39,822 nt of DNA, taken from Candidatus Zapsychrus exili (GTDB lineage Bacteria > Omnitrophota > Gorgyraeia > Zapsychrales > Zapsychraceae). The stretch spans positions 1-39,822 of the forward strand of contig JAVCCJ010000057.1 of NCBI GenBank assembly GCA_030765585.1. Reading direction: 5' to 3'. Under the pieces are notes generated by a model, which saw only the letters and a list, made by a program, of their open reading frames with translations, was not told the origin of the DNA and made no database searches. Both the position numbers and the translations under genes were made by a program. This document shows, piece by piece, positions 27,825-36,769 of the stretch (the first letter of the stretch is position 1; every line of letters begins with the position of its first letter).

Positions 27825-28904
27825 TTAAACATTAAAACGTATAAACATTATGTCACCATCTTCTACGATATAATCTTTTCCTTTTAACATCCATTTGCCA
27901 GCTTCTTTTAATTCAGGCTCGCCGCCAAGTTCAAACAAATCATTGCACTTAAATATCTCTGCACGAATAAACCCTCGCTCCATATCAGAATGAATTGACC
28001 CCGCAGCCTTTGGCGCAGAAGAACCTTTACGAGTTGTCCATTGATGAACCTCTGTTTCTCCAACAGTGAAGAAAGAAATCAAACCTAATGCGTCAAAATA
28101 AAGTGAGCTTAGCCTATTTAAAGCAGATTCTTCAATATTTAAATCTTTTAAGAATTCTTCTCTTTCTTGTGTCTCTAACAATGCAAGCTCTGCTTCTATC
28201 TTTGCTGATATCTGCATTACTTTTACATTGTAATCAGAATATTTTTCTTCTACATTTTTTATCAAAGATTGATCTGAGAGCTTATCATCTGCAACATTTA
28301 AAACCACCAACACAGTCTTTCTAGTCATAAAGTTGTATGTAGACATAATCTTTTTATCTTCGTCTGATATATCAAGATTAGTTAGCGGAAGGTTTTTATC
28401 AAGCAAGTCTTTCATTAAAAGAAGAATCTCTTTCTCTTTAACTTGAATGTTTGAAGCAACACCTTTTTTTGTATCAAGGTCTATGTTCTCAATTCGTTTT
28501 TCAACCAGCATAAGATCTCTTAGAATAAGCTCTGTAAAAACATTCTCAATATCTCTTAAAGCATCCACGCTTCCCTCTTCATGAAAAACAGACTCATCTT
28601 CAAATGCGCGAACGATGTGACACAATGCATCACACTTTTCTAAGCTTTTTGCAAATTCTCCGCTTGATACTGTTTCTTTATCAAACTTAGGGAGCAAGAC
28701 TACATCAATTTTTGCAGGGGATTCTTTGGCAGGTTTATACATATCGACCAATCTATCAAAACGATTATCTCTTACGAGCGCAGACCCTTGCTTAATATCT
28801 TGCCCGGAAGAATATCCTTCGTCGGATAAATTTTGTCCTGTTAATATTTCAAATAAAGTTTTTTTGCCAACTTGTGGAAGGCCAATTATTCCTATTTTCA
28901 TCAT
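27825..28904 (-). CDS. YchF/Ola1-like ATPase with degenerate G motifs
   Basis: C-terminal FFTVG..APKAAGSIHSDMERGFIRAE..GKDYIVEDGD..RFNV is typical YchF; G1 reads GLPQVGKKT. Confidence 0.85.
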   Translation of the reverse strand: MMKIGIIGLPQVGKKTLFEILTGQNLSDEGYSSGQDIKQGSALVRDNRFDRLVDMYKPAKESPAKIDVVLLPKFDKETVSSGEFAKSLEKCDALCHIVRAFEDESVFHEEGSVDALRDIENVFTELILRDLMLVEKRIENIDLDTKKGVASNIQVKEKEILLLMKDLLDKNLPLTNLDISDEDKKIMSTYNFMTRKTVLVVLNVADDKLSDQSLIKNVEEKYSDYNVKVMQISAKIEAELALLETQEREEFLKDLNIEESALNRLSSLYFDALGLISFFTVGETEVHQWTTRKGSSAPKAAGSIHSDMERGFIRAEIFKCNDLFELGGEPELKEAGKWMLKGKDYIVEDGDIMFIRFNV

Positions 28905-28975
28905 CTCTTCTCTTTCTAAAAAACCCTTCTGCATTTTGCTGAAGGGCTAAATTATATATAATAAATTAAAACTTC

Positions 28976-29332
28976 CTAAATATCTTTTCCTTTATCTTGC
29001 TCTGCTTCGTTTGATTGTTCTCTTCCTAATTTCTTTAACGCTTCATTTAAAAATGAAAACTTACTATCCTCTTGTTCTTGAACATACTCATAAAACTCAC
29101 ACTTAATACAATTAAATAACTTCTTTGAGAATATACCTTGTTTTTCTCCTCCACAAAATGTTCCAGCAACAACCCAACAACATCTTCCAGCATTCTTTCC
29201 GTTATTGATACCTTCTACGCTTTCTTCAGATGCAGCCGGACAAACTCCAAGACTTTCAGTCTTATCTCCACCCGGTTCTCTTCCACATTTCTTAAATTCC
29301 CAACAATTCTTTTTATCGCTTTTATCTTCCAT
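28976..29332 (-). CDS. Two-CW domain cysteine-rich protein
   Basis: NCWEFKKCGRE..CPA..GRCCWVVAGTFC..CIKCEFY. Confidence 0.85.
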   Translation of the reverse strand: MEDKSDKKNCWEFKKCGREPGGDKTESLGVCPAASEESVEGINNGKNAGRCCWVVAGTFCGGEKQGIFSKKLFNCIKCEFYEYVQEQEDSKFSFLNEALKKLGREQSNEAEQDKGKDI

Positions 29333-29531
29333 ATGCCGGCCTTCCACAAACCTCTAAGATTTTAATTCTGCTATTGTTTTCTTTAACTCTTCTAGTCTTT
29401 TTGAGTCTTCCATAATTAAATAATCCTAAAAATGTTTTAAACGTTTTAAATTATAACTAAGAAATTTTGGCAGGACTTACTTAGAAGGTTATTCTAGTAT
29501 AAATATTTATATTAGTAAATAACATTATTAG

Positions 29532-29672
29532 GATGATAAAACGCTTAGCATTGAAATGCCAAACATTTATATTGCACTCTTAAGCGTTACCGCTTCATTT
29601 AGAAACACTAAGCGTTTCATCTTGTCCCTATATGGTAGGGACGCACCACCTACTTTTTTTAAAAAAAGTAGG
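29532..29672. repeat. Structured intergenic element (nested inverted repeats)
   Basis: AAACGCTTAG/CTAAGCGTTT IR, GTCCCTA-TATGG-TAGGGAC hairpin, perfect 24-bp palindrome CCTAC(T7)(A7)GTAGG. Confidence 0.55.
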
Positions 29673-29726
29673 CAAAAACCTTACAACGGCGTTTAACATC
29701 CAAAACAAAAACTTTTATGCTGTTTG

Positions 29727-29751
29727 GTAGGGGAGGGGCTTGTCCCCTCCC
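29727..29751 (+). repeat. GTAG-class REP sequence
   Basis: GTAG followed by the hairpin GGGAGGGG-CTTGT-CCCCTCCC. Confidence 0.7.
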
Positions 29752-29833
29752 GAATAAGATTATAAATTAATATTTATAACGGGCTGCAGATTTTTGATGA
29801 GATTTATTGAAATATTATCAATCATAAGAAAAA

Positions 29834-30022
29834 TTATTTTTGCTTCCTTTTCGTACTCCTCAAACCTTTTCTAGAATTATATTTTAAGCAATCTTTTAAA
29901 TCATATGGATTCCCTGGTGCTTGAGATTTAGTAAAAATACATATAGGACAATTGTGTTCACCACAAGGACCAATAGGGACAAAACTTGCTTTCTTTTTAT
30001 TTTTCTGCGAATCTTGGTTCAT
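29834..30022 (-). CDS. Small basic Cys/His-containing hypothetical protein
   Basis: RBS AAGGAG; CGEHNCPIC motif. Confidence 0.55.
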   Translation of the reverse strand: MNQDSQKNKKKASFVPIGPCGEHNCPICIFTKSQAPGNPYDLKDCLKYNSRKGLRSTKRKQK

Positions 30023-30115
30023 TTTTACTCCTTACTGGCAATCTTAATTCACTTAAATAATATACAAAATCATTCCCCATTATGACTTTTTCACCTTTAA
30101 CCAATAGTGACATTT

Positions 30116-30475
30116 TTAAAACTGACCTGTTTTTAACATAACTAGGGTACAGGCATTAACTGTTTCAATGCCCTCTTCTTTCGCCTTATTCTCTAAATTA
30201 AAATTTTCCGCTCCGGGATTAAAAATAATCCTTTTAGGTTTCTTGGCAATAAGATCATCTCGAATCAAATTTGATATAGCAGCGTTAACATACAAAGTGA
30301 CTATATCAATGGACTCCGCAATTTCTTTAATTGAATCATAGACTTTAATTCCTTCAATATCCTTAATTTTCTTATGAATAGGATAAACCTCATGCCCCTT
30401 TTCTTTTAAAAACATCACGGCTTTATAAGAATAGCGATGTACTTTGTTTGATGCTCCCACAACTACTACTTTCAT
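30116..30475 (-). CDS. CoA-binding protein (YccU-like)
   Basis: VVGASNK..RYS, IFNPGAEN, ACTLVML. Confidence 0.9.
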   Translation of the reverse strand: MKVVVVGASNKVHRYSYKAVMFLKEKGHEVYPIHKKIKDIEGIKVYDSIKEIAESIDIVTLYVNAAISNLIRDDLIAKKPKRIIFNPGAENFNLENKAKEEGIETVNACTLVMLKTGQF

Positions 30476-30488
30476 TTTTAAAACCCCT

Positions 30489-31895
30489 TTATCTTTTTAA
30501 CCAATAATCGGCAATAGATTTATAAAGCGTGCTTACAGCCAATATCGCACAATGGCAATGATCTTTTGGCAAATATCTTAATTCCTTAATAATTTTTCCT
30601 GGCGATATTTGCAAAACTTCTTGGATAGTCTTACCAAATGCTAAATGAGACGTCATTGTCCCACAGGCATATGTAAAAAAACAACCTCTTGTATAAAACT
30701 TAATGTCCTTAATGACATCTTCATTAATTGTAAGATAAAATTCCATTTCGTCTCCGCAAGGTCCTTTAATATGCGCTGACCCGTCTGGGTCATTCATTCT
30801 TCCAATATATTTCTTTTGAGTTATAGATCTTATAATGTGTTGAGGTATTTCATTATTATTTTGTGCTCTAACTGTCTGCAAATGCTTTTCTTTTTCAATC
30901 AACTCGTCTAACGAAAAATCAGAAACTATAGAGAATCCTGCATTTTTAATCATTTTATACGTTTCTAATCTAGACTCTCCTCTCGTATTTAAATACCCAT
31001 TAATGAATAATGAATTCGCTGGATAAAGTGCCAAAGACTGCATTTCTTTTAAATAAACTTCTCGACCTGCGGCTAAACGTATTTCCGAGTCAGGATTCAT
31101 CAATCTAAACAGACAAAGCACTCTTAAGCAATATTCAGGAGATAAGTCTAATTTTACTTCTAAAGACACTCCTTTGTTAGGTAAATAAAAATTAATAGGA
31201 ATAGACTCAACCTTTAACTTTCTTGTAGAACAGACCATATCATAAATATCATCTGCCGTTTCTCCCATACCAATAATAACGCCAGAACATACGTGTAAAT
31301 TTGCATTATGAGCTTCTTTTAAAGTTTTAACTCTATCTTCATAATTATGCGTACTACAAATATCAGAATAATAACGACTTGAAGTATTTAAATTATGATT
31401 CAATCTATCAAGCCCTGCTTCTTTTAAAATTTGAGCTTTTTCTTTATCCAAAAAACCATGAGAAACGCAAACCTGAATAGAATAAGTTGACTTAATTCTT
31501 TGAATCAATTCAGCTAAATAACGTGCCCGCTCTAACGACATTGAACGTCCGGAGAAAACCATACAATATCTATGCGCTCCACCTTCATAGGCCTGCTTAG
31601 CTTCAGCCATAATTTGTTCATCAGACTTCATGGAATATTCATTTATTTGAGTATCCGCCTCTGCTGATTGAACACAATATTTGCAATCTTCTGTGCACTG
31701 TCCATTTTGCACATTATTAATAACATGAATAGTTACTTCTCTACCAAAATATTTCTTACGAACCTCATAAGCCGTATTAAGCAATGGCAACAATTCAATC
31801 TCCTTAGAAGATAAGATAACATGAGCGTCTTTCCTTGATAAAGGCTCATTTAACAATCTCTGTTCTATTAAGTGAGAGTAAAATTCATTATTCAT
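30489..31895 (-). CDS. bioB: Biotin synthase fused to a C-terminal IscU/NifU-N Fe-S scaffold domain
   Basis: CTEDCKYC, RYCMV, QVCVS, NHNLN, VCSG, IRLAAGRE in about aa 1-335; GPCGD, GC..TYAC, LPKDHCHCA in about aa 350-468. Confidence 0.92.
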   Translation of the reverse strand: MNNEFYSHLIEQRLLNEPLSRKDAHVILSSKEIELLPLLNTAYEVRKKYFGREVTIHVINNVQNGQCTEDCKYCVQSAEADTQINEYSMKSDEQIMAEAKQAYEGGAHRYCMVFSGRSMSLERARYLAELIQRIKSTYSIQVCVSHGFLDKEKAQILKEAGLDRLNHNLNTSSRYYSDICSTHNYEDRVKTLKEAHNANLHVCSGVIIGMGETADDIYDMVCSTRKLKVESIPINFYLPNKGVSLEVKLDLSPEYCLRVLCLFRLMNPDSEIRLAAGREVYLKEMQSLALYPANSLFINGYLNTRGESRLETYKMIKNAGFSIVSDFSLDELIEKEKHLQTVRAQNNNEIPQHIIRSITQKKYIGRMNDPDGSAHIKGPCGDEMEFYLTINEDVIKDIKFYTRGCFFTYACGTMTSHLAFGKTIQEVLQISPGKIIKELRYLPKDHCHCAILAVSTLYKSIADYWLKR

Positions 31896-31896
31896 A

Positions 31897-32295
31897 TTAA
31901 AATGTCACCAGTTTATCGCTTTCTTTAGTAATATCATACATATCCTTCATCGTTGAAATTGGGCACATTTCCGTTTCAGCTATATTTCTAGTTGCCCTCA
32001 CGGGAATTAGGGCATCTTCTGGCCCTGACTGGGTGGAAGCCCTGATTTCAGATTCTTCCTGTTCGCGAGATTTAATACAGCTACCACAAGCAAGAATCGC
32101 TCCCCCATCTTTCATAAATTTCTCTGCCTGTTGAACCGTATTAAACTTATCTGTACTTATTTTTTGATATTCAACACCTTTGCCCATAAAAAAAATTTTT
32201 ACCTCATCTTTTTGAGATAGGCAAAAATTCGCATAACGAAGAGCATTCCAGCTTGTTTCAACATCATTGCTTGAAATCACAACTCCTATTTTCAT
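31897..32295 (-). CDS. DsrE/DsrF-like sulfur-relay protein with a 26-aa in-frame insertion
   Basis: ETSWNALRYAN, FFMGKGVE, ACGSC, CPISTMKD, SDKLVTF. Confidence 0.85.
   Translation of the reverse strand: MKIGVVISSNDVETSWNALRYANFCLSQKDEVKIFFMGKGVEYQKISTDKFNTVQQAEKFMKDGGAILACGSCIKSREQEESEIRASTQSGPEDALIPVRATRNIAETEMCPISTMKDMYDITKESDKLVTF
31967..32049. mobile_element. 73-nt GC-rich structured insertion flanked by 5-bp direct repeats
   Basis: ATTTC at 31967-31971 and 32045-32049; 39/73 GC; 78 nt in total, which keeps the frame. Confidence 0.6.
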
Positions 32296-32318
32296 TTCTT
32301 TTTACTCCTTTATATATT

Positions 32319-33032
32319 TTATACAGTTATTACTTGCCCTGCTTTCATATCAAGAAAATTATCTCTATACTTTTCCTTAAAAATATTTTCTGCATCTATT
32401 CCGCTACAATGAGTTGCGCCTACCTTGTTGACTTTTAATTTTACAAATTCTTCAACAATCTGCTTAATTTCTTTATTTGAATGATTCTTCAAATGAAATC
32501 CTCCCAAAACAGCATAAAATTTCTTGATGCTTAACTGCGACTTAACTTTTTCAAGTATTTTAATAATCCCAGGATGAGCACAACCAGTAATAACTGAAAA
32601 TCCTTTTTCTGTCTTAACAATTAAAGATTGTTCTGATATGTTTTTGCCTTTATAGGTTCCAACAATCTCTCCGCTAGAATAAACCCCTATATTAACTCGC
32701 ATAAAATGAGTAACTTCTTTTAATTTTGCTGAAGACTCTAATATTTTGCGCTTAAAAACAGATCCAAATCCAGAAGATGAAAAAACATTTATATCTGAAG
32801 TTTTTGCAAGGATATCCCATAATCCACCTGGATGATCCCAATGATCATGTGAAATTACAATATCTTCAATAAGTGAAATATCGATTTCTAATTTATTAAT
32901 ATTATTCAGCAAATAATCACCTTTCCCTCCTGTATCAAATATAATTCGATTATCAATTAAAAATGACAATCCCCAACCAGCAGATAAATCTTTTCGTATA
33001 CTTTCACTATTAAATAATACCTTAACATCCAT
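32319..33032 (-). CDS. MBL-fold metallo-hydrolase (COG1237-like)
   Basis: WGLS, FDTG, SHDHWDH, TGCAHPG, GGFH, HCSG. Confidence 0.88.
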   Translation of the reverse strand: MDVKVLFNSESIRKDLSAGWGLSFLIDNRIIFDTGGKGDYLLNNINKLEIDISLIEDIVISHDHWDHPGGLWDILAKTSDINVFSSSGFGSVFKRKILESSAKLKEVTHFMRVNIGVYSSGEIVGTYKGKNISEQSLIVKTEKGFSVITGCAHPGIIKILEKVKSQLSIKKFYAVLGGFHLKNHSNKEIKQIVEEFVKLKVNKVGATHCSGIDAENIFKEKYRDNFLDMKAGQVITV

Positions 33033-33058
33033 CGTCTATTTTCCTTTTGTTTCTGTTG

Positions 33059-33514
33059 TTATATAATATTCTCAATAATATTAGAATGATCTATTATTAA
33101 CTTACCATTTAAATGATCCACTTCATGCTGAATTACTTTTGCCAATAAACCGTTAGTCTTTAATTCAATTTTTTCATTGTTTTCATCAAACCCGATAACA
33201 ACTATTTCAAACGGTCGCTCAACCTCAACTTCTATACCCGGAAGACTCAAACATCTTTCTTTCATCTTATCAATATATTTTTTATTAATAATTTCTGGGT
33301 TAGCTATCTTCATTGCGCCTTCTCCAATGTCTGCAACAATTAATTGCTTAAGAATCCCTACCTAAGGAGCGACTAGCCCAATGCCTTTACAATGATGCAT
33401 TGTAGAAACCATATCATTTAAGATTTTTACATCATCCGTAGTTACTTTTTCTAATGGCATACATTTCTGTTCTAAAACTTTATCTGGAAATATTCTGATA
33501 TCAAATAAACTCAT
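33059..33514 (-). pseudogene. def: Peptide deformylase pseudogene
   Basis: ATG at 33514: MSLFDIRIFPDKVL...GIGLVAP*VG with TAG at 33362-33364 in place of the conserved Gln; ERCLS instead of EGCLS; QHEVDH retained. Confidence 0.88.
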
Positions 33515-33516
33515 AT

Positions 33517-34377
33517 CTAAACCCTTTTTAAAACAATATCACCTAATTCTACCCCAGCATATTTAGCAATTACTGGACACTTTGCCCTAAATAAAAAATA
33601 TATATTTTCTTTCTCTTGACTCAATGCCTCATAATTTCCCTGCCCCTTGCTAATAATCAAATCTGCATCTTTATAAACTTTCAAGAATTCTTTAGAACAA
33701 TATTTTAAAACTGTTCCAGGAGCATCAACTCCACTTGACATAATTTTAGTTCTTTTATCAAGCCCGCATTCTTGAGCATCCTCAATAAGAGCATCGTTGA
33801 GAACCGGCTTATCCCTTACAGCAAGAATAATAGCTTTATCTTCAGGAATTTCTTCTATAAAAACCCTGTCAAAAACAATTTCACCAGCATTGTCTGCTAA
33901 ATATAAAATTTTCTTAGCATCCTTTAATTCATATTTAAACTTCTCATAATCAAAAATAGTTTTGTTAATATGAGCAAAATCGTTTGTAAATAATTTTTCA
34001 AGTTCCTCTTCAATATTCAAACTATTATTAGCCGCATAATCAATAACATTACCTGCAATAGCAATTTCAACTGCCGTTAAAAGTTTTTCCTCAGAAGACC
34101 AAACTTCTTCTTTAAGTCTTGGGTACAAAGCTAGCGCCTTACGATTACTCTCTTTTTTAATACTTTTATAGATATCTTTATTCCCGTATCTTCTCTCCAT
34201 AACTTTATGAATTATGCGAGACATTTCAGGAGGCGAACATTCTAATGAAATCTTTGGAATAATCTGAGAAATCTCATTAAGTATCTCTTTATGAATAATT
34301 TCATTGTCGTCAACAAGCCGTGCCATTTCAAGCGCACTTTTTATAAAACAAGGTATACAATCTAAATACGTTCTCAT
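33517..34377 (-). CDS. DUF89/ARMT1-like damage-control phosphatase
   Basis: CIPC, AGNVID, DNAGEIVFD, LNDA, SKGQGNYE, AKC. Confidence 0.92.
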   Translation of the reverse strand: MRTYLDCIPCFIKSALEMARLVDDNEIIHKEILNEISQIIPKISLECSPPEMSRIIHKVMERRYGNKDIYKSIKKESNRKALALYPRLKEEVWSSEEKLLTAVEIAIAGNVIDYAANNSLNIEEELEKLFTNDFAHINKTIFDYEKFKYELKDAKKILYLADNAGEIVFDRVFIEEIPEDKAIILAVRDKPVLNDALIEDAQECGLDKRTKIMSSGVDAPGTVLKYCSKEFLKVYKDADLIISKGQGNYEALSQEKENIYFLFRAKCPVIAKYAGVELGDIVLKRV

Positions 34378-35222
34378 AATAATTCTTTCCAAATATTATT
34401 TATTAATCCATCATACTTGCCGTTTGCATGTTCTAATATTGTCTTGCCTTGTACCATTGCTTCTACAACCGTCTTATCAAAAGGGATTTTGCCTACAACA
34501 GAAATATTGTTTTCTGCACAATATTTTTCAATTTGTTCAGTCATCCCTAAATTTAAAGTATATTTATTAACAACAAGCTTAACTGGAACTTTAAAATGTT
34601 GAGCAACTTCAATAACACGTTTCGCATCATGTAACCCAGATAAGGTTGGCTCAGTAACAACCAAAGTGCAACTAACCCCCGACAAAGAAGCAATAACTGG
34701 ACATCCAATTCCTGGCGGACCATCAATTATTACATATTCACAATTTTGTTTTTCTGCTAATTCCTTAGCTTGTTGTCTGACAAGCGAAACTAACTTCCCC
34801 GAATTCTCTTCAGCTATTCCAAGCCTCGCATGAACAAACGATCCGAACCGGGTATCAGATATATACCATTCGCCTGACTCATTTTCCTGCATCTCTATTG
34901 CTTGTGCAGGGCAAACATGACTACAAAATGAACACCCCTCACACGCAATAGGATCTACGATAAATTCATCAGAAATTGCTTTATATCGGCACAATTCAAT
35001 GCATCTTCTACATTGAGCACACTTATCTTTATCAATAACCGCAGTCTTTCCGCTTCTAAACTCATTTTTCTCTTTTACTGTAGGAGACAATAAAAGATGT
35101 AGATCTGCTGCGTCAACATCACAATCAACCATCACTTTATTCTTTACCAAAGCGGCAAACGCACCAGTTAAAATGGTCTTTCCTGTTCCACCTTTTCCAC
35201 TAATAATTAAAATTTGTTTCAT
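34374..35222 (-). CDS. MinD/ParA-type P-loop ATPase with inserted 2x[4Fe-4S] ferredoxin (COG1149)
   Basis: SGKGGTGKT, DCDVDA, two CxxCxxCxxxC motifs, ENSGKLV, DGPPGIGCP. Confidence 0.92.
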   Translation of the reverse strand: MKQILIISGKGGTGKTILTGAFAALVKNKVMVDCDVDAADLHLLLSPTVKEKNEFRSGKTAVIDKDKCAQCRRCIELCRYKAISDEFIVDPIACEGCSFCSHVCPAQAIEMQENESGEWYISDTRFGSFVHARLGIAEENSGKLVSLVRQQAKELAEKQNCEYVIIDGPPGIGCPVIASLSGVSCTLVVTEPTLSGLHDAKRVIEVAQHFKVPVKLVVNKYTLNLGMTEQIEKYCAENNISVVGKIPFDKTVVEAMVQGKTILEHANGKYDGLINNIWKELL

Positions 35223-36079
35223 GTTTTTACCTGAACTTGCTTTTTAATTTCATCAAAAAGACTTATAAACTTAGTTTTATACTCTGGAAATAATTCAACT
35301 ATAGACTCTCCCTTTGAATAACTTTTGGCAATCTCTTCGCTAAAAGGAATCTTCATTAATACTGGAATATTTTCTTCATTGCAATAATTCTCAGTTTTAT
35401 CATCGCCTAAATCACATCGATTTATCACAACACCAAAAAGAATATCTAATTTACGCATAGCTTCAACTGCTAATTGAAGATCATTTAGACCAAATGGTGT
35501 TGGCTCTGTCACAAGAACACAAAAGTCAGTTCCTCCAACAGCAGTAATAACGGGGCATGATGTCCCTGGCGGCACGTCAATAATAACCGTTCTTGTTGGA
35601 TTAATGTGCTGTTTAACTTGACGTATAACTGGCGGAGCCATTGCCTCACCGATATTTAATTTTCCATGAACAAATTGAATATTATCTTTTTCACCAAACT
35701 CTATAATGCCAATTTCCCTATTCATTTCTGTAATAGCGCCCTGTGGACACAAATACTGACACGCTCCGCATCCGTGACAAAAATTAGGAAAAAGCAAAAT
35801 ATTACCTTTACTTTTGTCTGTTTGAGGAATTACGGCAATAGCATTATATTCACATACCTCACGACATTTACCGCAATATGTACATTTTTCTTTATCGATA
35901 ACAGGGACTGGAATAAATGCATTCTTTTTCTCAACTATGACAGGGTTTAAAAACAAAGCAGCATTAGGTTCCTCAACATCGCAGTCCATCAGCTGAACAT
36001 TACTTAATGACAAAGCTAAGTTTACAGCTATAGTTGTTTTTCCTGTTCCACCTTTTCCGCTAGCTACAGAAAGTATCAT
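35219..36079 (-). CDS. MinD/ParA-type P-loop ATPase with inserted 2x[4Fe-4S] ferredoxin (COG1149)
   Basis: SGKGGTGKT, DCDVEEPN, two CxxCxxCxxxC motifs, DVPPGTSCP, EPTPFG. Confidence 0.92.
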   Translation of the reverse strand: MILSVASGKGGTGKTTIAVNLALSLSNVQLMDCDVEEPNAALFLNPVIVEKKNAFIPVPVIDKEKCTYCGKCREVCEYNAIAVIPQTDKSKGNILLFPNFCHGCGACQYLCPQGAITEMNREIGIIEFGEKDNIQFVHGKLNIGEAMAPPVIRQVKQHINPTRTVIIDVPPGTSCPVITAVGGTDFCVLVTEPTPFGLNDLQLAVEAMRKLDILFGVVINRCDLGDDKTENYCNEENIPVLMKIPFSEEIAKSYSKGESIVELFPEYKTKFISLFDEIKKQVQVKT

Positions 36080-36091
36080 TATCTAATTACC

Positions 36092-36697
36092 TCATTTACG
36101 TATTATTATTAATTCCTGACACTTTGAACTAAATTTCTCTACTTGATATCCCTTGACCGTTATATACTCCACTACCTCATTTAGAGTACAATGACCTGAG
36201 CTGTGATCTCTTCCTTCACTTTTGTGCAACTCCTTAATAATTTTAAAACCCTCTTTATTAAAATCGCTTATAACAATCTTTCCATTTAAAGCAATAACTC
36301 TTAAGAATTCATCAATAACTTTTAGCGGTTGACTTAAATGATGAATTAAATTAATGCCAAAAGAAACATCGAAACTGGCATCAGCAAAGTGTAAATGTTG
36401 AGCATCAGCAACAACAAAGTTTACTTTATCTAATAATCCCAAATACTGAATATTCATTTTGGCAAACTTTTGCTCCTCTTCAGATATATCTACTGTAGTA
36501 AATTGATATCCACTTTTCACTAAAGCAACTGCAAAATGCCCCTTTCCAGTGCCAAGTTCTAGTATTCTTCCTTCAATCGGTTGAACATTTTTAATTATAA
36601 AATATCTTTCCTCATCAATATCATATCCAAAACTTTTAAATAATTTTATTCTGGCACAATACTGTTGATGGTTTTCTAAAATGTTTTTATCCATCAT
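36092..36697 (-). CDS. Class I SAM-dependent methyltransferase
   Basis: ILELGTGKG, VDIS, DAQHLHF..SFD, IHH. Confidence 0.88.
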   Translation of the reverse strand: MMDKNILENHQQYCARIKLFKSFGYDIDEERYFIIKNVQPIEGRILELGTGKGHFAVALVKSGYQFTTVDISEEEQKFAKMNIQYLGLLDKVNFVVADAQHLHFADASFDVSFGINLIHHLSQPLKVIDEFLRVIALNGKIVISDFNKEGFKIIKELHKSEGRDHSSGHCTLNEVVEYITVKGYQVEKFSSKCQELIIIRK

Positions 36698-36769
36698 TAC
36701 CTCGTAATTATTAAACCAAATTTTAAATAATTAATCACATCGCGCAAAATTTATTGCCCATAAGATGCT

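Noticed and set aside
31972..32044. tRNA or known ribozyme identity for the 73-nt insert
   Set aside because: No 7-bp acceptor stem, TTC T-loop or D-loop GG in register. Hammerhead, pistol and HDV core motifs could not be fitted by eye.
5717..33364. Stop-codon reassignment suggested by in-frame TGA (5717) and TAG (29354, 33362)
   Set aside because: TGA ends normal-length genes (2345, 14649, 22238, 36092) and TAG does too (9143, 28976, 33517). Conserved genes have no internal stops, so isolated nonsense changes are the simpler explanation.
3121..35950. Short antisense or overlapping ORFs in the track (for example 3121, 3385, 4240, 5960, 9867, 13680, 14256, 15074, 24198, 35666)
   Set aside because: They are shadows of well-supported genes on the other strand or frame, with no recognisable motifs.
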